This document shows positions 20,885-29,468 of a stretch of 64,000 bases of DNA, piece by piece. A program made the translations under genes and the position numbers. The DNA is taken from positions 25,522-89,521 of the forward strand of contig CAIOLW010000219.1 in assembly GCA_903859215.1 (NCBI GenBank). The letters are read 5' to 3'. The notes under the pieces are model-generated. The model was not told the DNA's origin and searched no databases. It was given only the letters and a program-made list of their open reading frames with translations. This stretch comes from an uncultured bacterium (GTDB taxonomy: Bacteria; Krumholzibacteriota; Krumholzibacteriia; LZORAL124-64-63). Within the stretch, counting starts at the first letter, position 1, and each line of letters begins with the position of its first letter.

Positions 20885-22011
20885 CGGCCACCGCCGTTCC
20901 AGGCGCCCTGGTCGCGGGCGGCTCCACTGACTTCCGCGGAAACTTCGGCCCACGCCTGCTGGGCCGCCAGCAGGCGTTCGGCGGCAACGGGCGTCAGGCG
21001 TGGCATGACCCGGGCCTCGCCGATGCGGGCCACGAGGTCCAGGGTCTGCTCGCGACACCACGCGGGTGACGGCGGCTCGGGATCGTACCGGTGGAGGTCG
21101 GCGCCGTCGATGAGGCGGCCCATCGCAGCGGGCAGCGCGGGCTCGTGGCCGCGATCGCCGCAGGCGACGACCAACTCGCAGCCCGTCATCTCGGCGGCGG
21201 CGATGCCGTAGTGCGCAGCGGCAAAGCGCCTGGCGATGCCGGCCAGCCCGTCGAGGAACGGGCGCGCTTCGCCCCGCTCGACATGGTGCGCCGCCAGCAG
21301 TTCCCGGCAGGCCAGGGCAGCCGCCAGCCAGGCGGGTTCGGGCAGCGGCCAGTCCGCCGGCGCCTGCCCCCGGCGCCACCGGCGCCACAGCCACCAGCCG
21401 CCGGCCGCCAGCAGCGTTGCCACGAGCAGCAGCAGACCGAGCGTCCACGTGAACCAGGGCCACGCTCGGGGATCGCGGATGGCCGCCAGTTTCGACGGAT
21501 CGGTCACCCGGCCCCTGACCGTGATGACGCGCGACGGCTGTCCCTTCCACTGCAGTCGGAAGGCGTCGGTCGTGTAGACGAGGTATTTCGCGATGACGCG
21601 CGGGCCGGCCCCCGCCGGCAGCGAACCGGCATCGTTCTCCGCCTTCGCCCCGCTCGCGCCCTTGCCGCGCGCGGTCGCGGGCACGGGGGCCAGCTGGTCA
21701 CCCTTCGGGGCCGGGGCGCGAAAAGCCGCCGGGTCGGACCCGGCGGGCAGGTCCCAGGCCACGGCGATGGAGCCGCCGAACTCAACGGTGTCCGCCATCA
21801 CGTTGATGGCCACAGGCGACGGCCCGACGCCCGATGGCAGGAATTCGACGATGGCCGTGTCGGGCACGCTTGCCGCGGGCGGAGGCGTCTGGAACCTGCC
21901 AGGGGTGGCAGCCGCCGCAGTGACGGCGGCCAGCAGTCCGCACCCGACCAGCGCCACGGCCAGGGCCGGACGCAGCACGTAGCACCGGCCGATTGACGGC
22001 GCGCACCTCAC
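20881..22011 (-). CDS. Hypothetical membrane protein of the MoxR/Bat operon (signal peptide + one TM; possibly DUF4381-like)
   Basis: Position between DUF58 and BatA genes. WPWFTWTLGLLLLVATLLAAGGWWLW TM segment. No recognisable catalytic motif. Confidence 0.45.
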   Translation of the reverse strand: MRCAPSIGRCYVLRPALAVALVGCGLLAAVTAAAATPGRFQTPPPAASVPDTAIVEFLPSGVGPSPVAINVMADTVEFGGSIAVAWDLPAGSDPAAFRAPAPKGDQLAPVPATARGKGASGAKAENDAGSLPAGAGPRVIAKYLVYTTDAFRLQWKGQPSRVITVRGRVTDPSKLAAIRDPRAWPWFTWTLGLLLLVATLLAAGGWWLWRRWRRGQAPADWPLPEPAWLAAALACRELLAAHHVERGEARPFLDGLAGIARRFAAAHYGIAAAEMTGCELVVACGDRGHEPALPAAMGRLIDGADLHRYDPEPPSPAWCREQTLDLVARIGEARVMPRLTPVAAERLLAAQQAWAEVSAEVSGAARDQGAWNGGGR

Positions 22012-22925
22012 CGCGACCTCCGACGGCCGCGCCGACCTTCGCGCGCGAGGAAGAACCGACGCAGCGGCTCGACGTAGGAACCGGTCACGTCGACGTCGAC
22101 GACATCGACGCCGCGGGAATGGAACAGCCGCGCCAGGGCGCCATCATGCGCCTCGACCCGCAGGCCGAGTTGCCGCCTCAGCGACGCCGCCGAGGTATCG
22201 ACCAGCAGCGGCGTGCCGCTCTCGGCATCGACCCAGTGCACCAGGCCGACGGCCGGCAGGTCGGATTCGCGCGGATCGCGCACGCGGACGGCCACGACGT
22301 CGTGCCTTCGCGAGAGCACCGACAGGCTGGTCGAGAAATCGCCTGCCCAGAAATCCGACACCAGGAACACGGTCGCCTTGCGCTTGAGCACCGAGCCGAG
22401 CAGGCGCAGCGGTTCGTTGAGGTCGGTGCCCCGCCCCTCGGGCTGGAAAGTGAGCAACTCGCGGATCAGGCGCAGCACGTGGCTGCGCCCCTTCGCTGCG
22501 GGGATGTACTTCTCGACGCGGTCGCTGAACAGGACGAGGCCGACCTTGTCCTTGTTGGCGATCGCCGCGAATGCCAACACGCCGCAGAGTTCGGCGGCAA
22601 TCTCCATCTTCGTGCGCGCGCCGCTGCCGAACAGTCCGCTGCGGCTGAGGTCGACGGCCAGGATGACCGTCAGTTCACGCTCTTCGTCGTAGAGCTTGAC
22701 GAACGGGTCGCCCGTGCGCGCGGTGACGTTCCAGTCGATGGCGCGCACGTCGTCGCCCGGTACGTATTCCCGCACCTCGCGGAATTCCATGCCGGTGCCC
22801 TTGAACACGGAGTGGTACTCGCCCGAGAAGACCTCGTCGACGAGCCTGCGCGTGCGGATCTCGATCCTGCGCACGGCCGCGAGGATCTCCGCCGGGATCT
22901 GTGCATTCTGGCGTGGGTCGGACAT
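22008..22925 (-). CDS. DUF58-domain protein (MoxR-associated)
   Basis: Size and conserved order after MoxR. Sequence typical of DUF58 (…GEYHSVFKGTGMEFREVREYVPGDDVRAIDW…). Confidence 0.8.
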   Translation of the reverse strand: MSDPRQNAQIPAEILAAVRRIEIRTRRLVDEVFSGEYHSVFKGTGMEFREVREYVPGDDVRAIDWNVTARTGDPFVKLYDEERELTVILAVDLSRSGLFGSGARTKMEIAAELCGVLAFAAIANKDKVGLVLFSDRVEKYIPAAKGRSHVLRLIRELLTFQPEGRGTDLNEPLRLLGSVLKRKATVFLVSDFWAGDFSTSLSVLSRRHDVVAVRVRDPRESDLPAVGLVHWVDAESGTPLLVDTSAASLRRQLGLRVEAHDGALARLFHSRGVDVVDVDVTGSYVEPLRRFFLAREGRRGRRRSR

Positions 22926-22930
22926 GTCGC

Positions 22931-23923
22931 CTACGGCACCGCGATGCTGTCGAGCAGCGTCGTGACGATATCGTCGGAGGTCAGGTTCTCCGCCTCGGCC
23001 TCGTACGTCACCAGGATGCGATGCCGCAATGCGTCATGGCCGACCGCCTTTACGTCCTCGGGCACGACGAAGGCTCGACCGCGCAACAGCGCTCGCGCGC
23101 GGGACAACTGCGTGAGCGCAAGCGTGGCGCGCGGCGAAGCGCCCCAGGCGATGAGCGGCGCCAGCTTGAGTCCGGCGGCCTCCGGGTCGCGGGAGGCGAA
23201 CACGATGTCCAGCACATACGACTTGATCTTCTCGTCGATGAAGACCGTGTTCACGGCGGCGCGGATCTCGGCCAGGCTGGACGGGTCGAGCACGGGCGAC
23301 ACCGCGGGCACGTCCCTGCCGGCCATGCGATCGAGGATGAGACGCTCGTCCTCGCGCGTCGGGTAGCCGACGCGGAGCTTGAGCAGGAAGCGGTCGACCT
23401 GCGCCTCGGGCAGCGGATAGGTCCCCTCCTGCTCGATCGGATTCTGCGTCGCCAGGACCAGGAACGGGTCGGGCAGCCGGAAGGTCTCGCCGCCGATGGT
23501 GACCTGGCGTTCCTGCATCGCCTCGAGCAGCGCGCTCTGGACCTTGGCCGGCGCGCGATTGATCTCGTCGGCGAGGATGATGTTCGAGAACACCGGCCCC
23601 TGCTTGACCGTGAAGCTGCCCGTCTCGCGGTTGTAGATGGTAGTGCCAGTGATATCGGCGGGCAGCAGGTCGGGCGTGAACTGGATCCGCTTGAATCCCG
23701 TGTGCACCGTCCGCGCCAGCGTGCTGACGGCAAGGGTCTTGGCCAGGCCCGGCACGCCCTCCAGCAGGATGTGGCCGTTGGTCATCAGCCCGAGCAGGAG
23801 GCCCTCGATCATGTCGCGCTGGCCGACGATGACCTTGCCTACTTCGGAGTACACACCGCGCAGGCGCGACGCCAGTTCCTCGGCGCGCACCTTGTCGAGC
23901 GAATTGAGGTCGGACATGTTCAC
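22931..23923 (-). CDS. moxR: MoxR-family AAA+ ATPase
   Basis: GHILLEGVPGLAKT Walker A, ILADEINRAPAKVQSALLEAMQE Walker B/sensor region, about 330 aa. Confidence 0.9.
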   Translation of the reverse strand: MNMSDLNSLDKVRAEELASRLRGVYSEVGKVIVGQRDMIEGLLLGLMTNGHILLEGVPGLAKTLAVSTLARTVHTGFKRIQFTPDLLPADITGTTIYNRETGSFTVKQGPVFSNIILADEINRAPAKVQSALLEAMQERQVTIGGETFRLPDPFLVLATQNPIEQEGTYPLPEAQVDRFLLKLRVGYPTREDERLILDRMAGRDVPAVSPVLDPSSLAEIRAAVNTVFIDEKIKSYVLDIVFASRDPEAAGLKLAPLIAWGASPRATLALTQLSRARALLRGRAFVVPEDVKAVGHDALRHRILVTYEAEAENLTSDDIVTTLLDSIAVP

Positions 23924-24169
23924 CTTCCCGGCCGGGCAGGCCGTCGTCAGGGGGCGGTGACTGGAAACCCGCGATCGGGCCCGTCATACGCGCGCCGCGG
24001 GCAGGAGTTCCCTCCCGGCCCCGCCGAATGCGCGTCCAGCATAGCCAACCCGTTTTCACTTGCCAACCCCGGGTGAAAGCCTTTGAATGGAAAGCGTTCG
24101 TGGCGCAGGCCCCGCCGGGGCCCGCGGCCCCGTGGCCGGGCGACCCCGCCCCCGTCCGAAAGAGGCAAT

Positions 24170-24451
24170 GTGCGCCTGAGCAACCGCAAGATCGAGCACC
24201 TGGGCAAGCGGATCCTGAAGCTGATGCAGGAGGATCCGAACATCCACGCCGCGGGCAACACCGACCTGGTGCTGCGCGCGATCGAGGATGCCATGGTGGA
24301 CAACATGCGCGCCGAGGAGGAGATCGACCAGGAAGTCGAGAAGCTCCTGGCCGAGAACGTCAACGAGATCCGCGCCATGGAAATGGACGTGGGCGCCCTG
24401 CGCTCGAAGATGAAGCGCGAGCTGGCCCGCAAGCGGCGGTTTGTCCTCTAG
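24170..24451 (+). CDS. DUF507-like small acidic coiled-coil protein (paralog 1)
   Basis: GTG start preceded by AGAGG. About 93 aa, highly charged E/D/K/R-rich helical sequence. Tandem paralog follows. Confidence 0.5.
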   Translation: MRLSNRKIEHLGKRILKLMQEDPNIHAAGNTDLVLRAIEDAMVDNMRAEEEIDQEVEKLLAENVNEIRAMEMDVGALRSKMKRELARKRRFVL

Positions 24452-24493
24452 ACGACATCCCGGACCCCTGGACGACACCCAAAGGGAGCGATC

Positions 24494-24778
24494 GTGCGCC
24501 TGTCCGAAGAACGCATCACCGTCCTGGCAAAGGACATCTGCGAACGCCTGCTGGACGAGGAACTGGTCGACCTCGAGATGGCCGAGGAGGACTTCGCGCG
24601 CCTGCTCGAGGCCGTCATCATGGCCGACCTGCGCATCGAGGACGAGATCGACGAGCAGACCACGACGTTCCTGCTGAAGAACCGGCCGCAGGTCGAGGAA
24701 GGCTCCACGGCCTGGGAAGTCGAGTTCGAGCGCAAGAAGCTCGATCTGTCGATGGCCCGCGGCTATGTGCCCTTCTAG
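24494..24778 (+). CDS. DUF507-like small acidic coiled-coil protein (paralog 2)
   Basis: GTG start preceded by GGGAG. Shares RLS..R…L…DEE…E.ID.E pattern with upstream paralog. Confidence 0.5.
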   Translation: MRLSEERITVLAKDICERLLDEELVDLEMAEEDFARLLEAVIMADLRIEDEIDEQTTTFLLKNRPQVEEGSTAWEVEFERKKLDLSMARGYVPF

Positions 24779-24838
24779 GGTCAGCCCCGGCGCGCCGCCC
24801 TGCCCGGACCGTCCTTCCAGCCGCCCCCGGATGCCGTC

Positions 24839-26092
24839 ATGAGGATCCTCGTCCTGACTCCCTATCTCCCGCACCGCCGCGTCGGCCACGGGGGCGGCAT
24901 TGCCGTGCGCGACCTGCTGTCCTGGCTCGCGCGACGCCATGAGGTGACGGCCGCCTGCCTGGTGCGGCCGGGCGAGCGGGACCTCGTCGAAGATGTGCGC
25001 GCCCTCGGCGTGGCTGTCGAGCCCCTGCCGTTCGCCGACCGCCACGCGCAAGGTGCGGCGCGGGCCCGACTGGTGCTCCACCGGGCCGCCGCAGCCGGCC
25101 GCGCCTCGCGTTCCGGCTTCCCCGTCTACGTCGAGAAGTACTGGTCACCGGACCTGGCGGACCGGATCACGGCGATTGCCCGGCGCGTGCAACCGGACGC
25201 CGTGCAGGTCGAGTACCTGCAGATGGCGCTCTACTGCCGCGACCTGCGGCGGCTGCGTCCCGGCTTCTCCCCCAGGCTGGTCCTCAACACGCACGAACTG
25301 GGCTCGGTGCCGCGCGACCGGCGCGCGCAGTTGGCCACCGGGCCCCTGGCCCGGGCGCTGGCCAGCGCGGAAGCCGCGCGCTGGCGCCGCCTGCAGGTGG
25401 CCGCGTGCGGCTGGGCCGACCGCACGCTCTGCGTCACCCCCGAGGACCGCGACCTGCTGGCCGCGATGGGCGGCGTTCGCCTGTCCACGGTGCCCCTCGG
25501 CATGGACCTCGAGGCGATCCGGCCCGACTGGGAGCCCGCCGCCGGAAGCCGTCGCTACCTGTTCGTGGGCTCGTTCGGGCACGCCCCCAACCGCTCGGGC
25601 GCTCGCCTGCTGGTCGACGTTGTCTGGCCCCTGGTGCGACAGGCACAGCCGGACGCCCAGCTGGAACTGGTCGGGCGAGGCTGGGAATCGTTCCTGGCCA
25701 AGCGCGGCGGCGCCGAGTCCTGCGCCCGGCTTGGCGTGACCGCGCTCGGGTTCGTGGACGACCTGGGGCCCGTGTTCCGGCATTGCCACGCGTTCGCCGC
25801 CCCGCTGACGGAGGGCGGCGGCATCAAGATCAAGATCCTGGAGGCCCTGGCCCGCGGTGTGCCGGTCGTGACGACGCCCGTGGGCGCCGAAGGCATCGCG
25901 CCGTCTGGCGGCGAGGCGTTGCTGGTCGCGCCCGCGGACGCGGGCTTCGCCGCCGCGATGACGCGGCTGGCTGACGACGCCGGGTTGGCGGCGCGGTTGG
26001 CGCAAGGCGGCAGGAAGCTGATGGAACAGAACTTCGGCTGGGATGCGATCACGACCCGCCTGACGAACATCTACGAGGGTTTGGAAGACTGA
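24839..26092 (+). CDS. Glycosyltransferase, GT4 family (GT-B fold)
   Basis: C-terminal EGGGIKIKILEALARGVPVVTT motif (E-x7-E region) typical of GT4 retaining transferases. Confidence 0.8.
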   Translation: MRILVLTPYLPHRRVGHGGGIAVRDLLSWLARRHEVTAACLVRPGERDLVEDVRALGVAVEPLPFADRHAQGAARARLVLHRAAAAGRASRSGFPVYVEKYWSPDLADRITAIARRVQPDAVQVEYLQMALYCRDLRRLRPGFSPRLVLNTHELGSVPRDRRAQLATGPLARALASAEAARWRRLQVAACGWADRTLCVTPEDRDLLAAMGGVRLSTVPLGMDLEAIRPDWEPAAGSRRYLFVGSFGHAPNRSGARLLVDVVWPLVRQAQPDAQLELVGRGWESFLAKRGGAESCARLGVTALGFVDDLGPVFRHCHAFAAPLTEGGGIKIKILEALARGVPVVTTPVGAEGIAPSGGEALLVAPADAGFAAAMTRLADDAGLAARLAQGGRKLMEQNFGWDAITTRLTNIYEGLED

Positions 26093-26125
26093 TACGGCGG
26101 GGTCAGGCGGGAATCGCGGCGGGCG

Positions 26126-26728
26126 TCAGCGCACGCCCGGTGGCAACGATCCGCCCTCGCCGCGCGCCAGGGTCGCCAGCAGCGTCACCTGCGCCAGCCG
26201 CTCGACGGTCTCCAGCAGCGCGAACGCCGACGGCAGGTCCTTCCCCACCGTCACCGCCCCGTGGCTGCCCAGCAGGATCGCATCGTGGCCGAGGATGTGC
26301 GGCAGCACGGACGCCGCGGCATCCTCGGTGCCCGGCTCGGCGCGCGGGCAGACCGGCACCTGTCCCAGCACCGCCGCCGTCTCGGTCAGCAGCGAGCCGT
26401 CGAGGTCCTTCCCGATGGCGGCAAAAGCCGTTGCCCAGGGCGGGTGCGCGTGGCAGATCGCCTGCACATCGGGGCGCGATTCGTAGATGCGGCGATGGAG
26501 CGGCCACTCGCTCGTCGGCCTGCCGCGCGTGCAGCGCCCGTGCAGGTCGATCTCCAGCAGGTCCTGGACGCGCAAAGCGCCCTTGCCCACTCCCGACGGC
26601 GTGACCAGAAACGCGTGGCCGCCGAGGCGAACCGACAGGTTGCCTTCAGCGGCCACAATCAGGTTCTGCTGCTGCAACCGGCGGCCGATCTCGACCATCT
26701 GCCGGCGCAGGAGGACCGGATTCGTCAT
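26126..26728 (-). CDS. Class II aldolase/adducin-family protein (fuculose-phosphate aldolase / MtnB-like)
   Basis: AAEGNLSVR…LVTPSGV…ICHAHPPWATAFAA metal-binding His motifs of class II aldolases. Confidence 0.75.
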   Translation of the reverse strand: MTNPVLLRRQMVEIGRRLQQQNLIVAAEGNLSVRLGGHAFLVTPSGVGKGALRVQDLLEIDLHGRCTRGRPTSEWPLHRRIYESRPDVQAICHAHPPWATAFAAIGKDLDGSLLTETAAVLGQVPVCPRAEPGTEDAAASVLPHILGHDAILLGSHGAVTVGKDLPSAFALLETVERLAQVTLLATLARGEGGSLPPGVR

Positions 26729-26742
26729 CGAGGCACGGTCCC

Positions 26743-28125
26743 TCAGGGACGGTAGAGGTACAGGTGCGACATCACGCCCTCGAAGAACTCGAGCAGTCGC
26801 CGGCTGTCCGCAGCCTCCGCGCGCATCTGGACCTCGTCCTTGCCGCGGTTGTGATCCAGGTTGTCCTGGTAGATCCGCTGGTACGCTTCTTCCTCGAGCC
26901 GGTCCAGCATTTCAGTCGGGAAGCCCAGCGCGCTGGACATCAGCATCGACCCGTCCGGGCAGATGGTCGGGTCGGCTTCGTCGGCGCGGGTGAAATAGAA
27001 GATCTCGGGATCGAGCGCGCCCGTGGCCGGGATGCGCCAGATGTTGCGATCGTGCAGCGTGATCGACGGGGCGCGGCGCGTCGACACGAAGTAGATCTCC
27101 GAACCATCCGTGGAATAGCACGGCGATGTGTTCAGGACGCCCACGATCGGGTCGCCCGGCATCACCACGGTGTTGGTCAGGCGCTTCAGGTTGCGGTCCA
27201 GGGGCATCGTGTGCGTCGCCAGGCCGGTGGTGTCGAAATCGACCGTGAACAGTTCGGTGCCGACGCCGCGCTGGCCGGCGACATCCATGCCGCCGCTGAA
27301 GACCAGCTTCGACCCGTCGGGTGACCAGGCGGGCGTCTCGATGCGCGAGTACTCGGTGGTCACCGGGAACGCATGCGCGCCGTACCCGTTGTTCACTTCG
27401 GCCGTCGACATGTCCAGCATCCAGATCGCCAGCCCGCTGCAGGTCTCGAACGAATCGGGGATGGCGCAGCCGGAGCGCGTGAAGGCCAGCCACCGCCCGT
27501 CAGGCGACAACGTGGGCTCCATGTGCTGCCACAGGTGCGGAGACGCCAGGGCGTCGCTCGGCTCCAGGAACAGCGGCGTCAGCGTCGACGTCGCCGGATT
27601 CGTGATGTCAGCGCGGAACATGCGGAAGCCGACGCGGATACGGACAGGGAAGATCAGGTTGTTGTCGTCCAGCCAGGTCGGCCCGCCCTTGTCGAAGTTG
27701 ACGATACCCGACTGGTAGTCGGCCGTGCCGGAGATGGGGATGCTGAGTTCCTGAACCTTGACGAGCTCGGCGCCACTGTCCGCGAGGTGCGTCACGACGT
27801 TGACGCCCTCCTGGACCGGGATCACGCCGACCTGCCGGTAGTTGACGAAGTAGTCGTCACCCGAGTAGCGCGGGTCCGACGGCAACGCGTTCCAGTCGCA
27901 GGTGAAGGCGATCCGCGTGCCGTCCGGCGACAGCCGCGGATTCAGGTAATGGTAGCCGTCACTGGAGGTGTCGGTGGTGACCATGACCAGTTCGCCGCAT
28001 GAATGGTTGCCGCAAAGCGGCAGGACCTCGGAAGGATCCTGCTTGCTGGTGCAACCGACCACGATGAGAGTGGCCAGCACGGCGAGATAGGCCATGGGCA
28101 GGCAGCGCGTTCGCAGCCAAGTCAT
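26743..28125 (-). CDS. TolB-like PD40 beta-propeller lipoprotein
   Basis: Lipobox IVVGC. Repeated SPDG(T/R/S)…AF PD40 motifs (SPDGTRIAF, SPDGRWLAF, SPDGSKLVF). Confidence 0.65.
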   Translation of the reverse strand: MTWLRTRCLPMAYLAVLATLIVVGCTSKQDPSEVLPLCGNHSCGELVMVTTDTSSDGYHYLNPRLSPDGTRIAFTCDWNALPSDPRYSGDDYFVNYRQVGVIPVQEGVNVVTHLADSGAELVKVQELSIPISGTADYQSGIVNFDKGGPTWLDDNNLIFPVRIRVGFRMFRADITNPATSTLTPLFLEPSDALASPHLWQHMEPTLSPDGRWLAFTRSGCAIPDSFETCSGLAIWMLDMSTAEVNNGYGAHAFPVTTEYSRIETPAWSPDGSKLVFSGGMDVAGQRGVGTELFTVDFDTTGLATHTMPLDRNLKRLTNTVVMPGDPIVGVLNTSPCYSTDGSEIYFVSTRRAPSITLHDRNIWRIPATGALDPEIFYFTRADEADPTICPDGSMLMSSALGFPTEMLDRLEEEAYQRIYQDNLDHNRGKDEVQMRAEAADSRRLLEFFEGVMSHLYLYRP

Positions 28126-28305
28126 GTTCGCGGAAACCTCCGGCGCGGGGTAAGGCGCGCGGTCGCGCGGAGATGCCCGGACACGACCACACCAAGGACA
28201 TGGAAAAATAAGGCAAAGCAGCCGGGCAAAGCAACCGGCATCTGCGGACGGGTCGGCGCGGCCATCGCGACCGGCCGCGCCCGCAAGCCCGCGGACGCCG
28301 ACAGG

Positions 28306-29424
28306 TCAGCGGGGCGAAGGCGCCGGATGGCCCTCTTCGAGCCTGCGCGACGCATCCAGGGCCTGCCGGGCCTCGTCGTTGCGCCCGAGCGCCGCCAGGA
28401 TGGCGGCCCGGTTGTGCAGGTAGACCGGACGATCGGGCGCGAGCGCCACCGCGCGGTCCACGGCCACGAGCGCGGCCGGCAGGCGACCGACGCGCTGGAG
28501 GTTGAGCGAGGCCTGGGCCCAGAACACGGCGTCGTCACCCGGGAATCGCCGGGGATCCCCCACCGGCCCGTCGACCGCCGCCGCGGCCCACGAGGCGCCG
28601 CCGAGCCCGCCCTCCGCCTGGACCGCCATGCGCCAGTCGTCGCGCCCCCGCTGGCCCTCGGGCATCGCCGCGACCAGCGCCAGCACCGCGCTGTCACGGT
28701 GCGCCGTCACGAGAGCGGCCAGCAGGCTGCGGCGAACCAGGGAATCGGGCTGCGCGCTCCACAGGCGCGACAAAGGCGCGATGGCGTCGGCGGGACGGCC
28801 CGCCGCCAGCAGCGTGGAGCCGAGCAGGCGGTCGGCCTCCGGGCAACCGCCGCAGAGGGCGCGCGCAGCCTCGAATGCGAGGCACGCCCTCGCCACATCC
28901 CCCAGCTCGGCCCGCAGCCGCCCCGCGTCCAGCAAAGGGGCGGGATCCATCGGCGCCAGGCGGACCGCCTCGTCAAATTCCGCCAGGGCGCGCCCCGTCC
29001 GGCCCATCCCCGCCAGAGCGGTCCCCAGCCGGTGGTGGAGCACCCCTTCGCCGGGTCGCAGCCGGCTTGCCCGTTCCAGAAAGGGAAGGGCCTCGGGCCC
29101 CTTGCCGGCCGACAGGAGGGCCTGGCCGGCACGGGCCTCCACCTGCCAGCCGTAGACGGGATCCTCGCGCCAGCGCTCGCGGGCCTGCAGCGCCAGCGGC
29201 ACCGCCGCCACGGCCTGCCCCGCCGCCACCAGGCTGTCCACCCTCGCGAGAACGGCGCCCACCTGCCCGGGAGCAGGGGCCCGGGCCACGGCCGGCCCAG
29301 CCACGCCGAGGACGGCCCAGGCCACGAAGGCCCCGCCGATCTTTGCGAAGATGGAAGTTCGGATACAGGGCGTTGACCCGGAACGCAGAATGTGATAAAA
29401 TCTCAATTGTGAGGACAATTCCAC
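28306..29424 (-). CDS. Secreted TPR-repeat protein (start uncertain)
   Basis: Signal-like hydrophobic N-terminus followed by Ala/Leu/Arg-rich TPR-like repeats. Start may be internal. Confidence 0.5.
   Translation of the reverse strand: MELSSQLRFYHILRSGSTPCIRTSIFAKIGGAFVAWAVLGVAGPAVARAPAPGQVGAVLARVDSLVAAGQAVAAVPLALQARERWREDPVYGWQVEARAGQALLSAGKGPEALPFLERASRLRPGEGVLHHRLGTALAGMGRTGRALAEFDEAVRLAPMDPAPLLDAGRLRAELGDVARACLAFEAARALCGGCPEADRLLGSTLLAAGRPADAIAPLSRLWSAQPDSLVRRSLLAALVTAHRDSAVLALVAAMPEGQRGRDDWRMAVQAEGGLGGASWAAAAVDGPVGDPRRFPGDDAVFWAQASLNLQRVGRLPAALVAVDRAVALAPDRPVYLHNRAAILAALGRNDEARQALDASRRLEEGHPAPSPR
29373..29401 (+). promoter_or_regulatory. Near-consensus sigma-70 promoter: -35 TTGACC, 17-nt spacer with TGn, -10 TAAAAT
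   Basis: Read directly; conspicuous in a 70% GC background. About 70 nt upstream of the glycosidase gene. Confidence 0.45.
29405..29420 (+). promoter_or_regulatory. Palindrome AATTGTgaggACAATT at predicted +1 region (lacO-like operator candidate)
   Basis: 6-4-6 inverted repeat; half-sites resemble lacO (AATTGTGAGC…ACAATT). No LacI-family gene in window. Confidence 0.3.
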
Positions 29425-29468
29425 CGGACGCCACCCTTCGCCAGCCTGCCGGGTTGTGTTCTGCGCAC

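Noticed and set aside
24083-24169. N-terminal extension of DUF507 paralog 1 from TTG start
   Set aside because: Arg/Pro-rich translation without RBS. GTG at 24170 with AGAGG RBS gives a protein matching its paralog.
28875-29468. 5' extension of glycosidase ORF to 816 aa
   Set aside because: Extension overlaps the divergent TPR gene and the mapped promoter. The signal peptide begins near 29469/29487.
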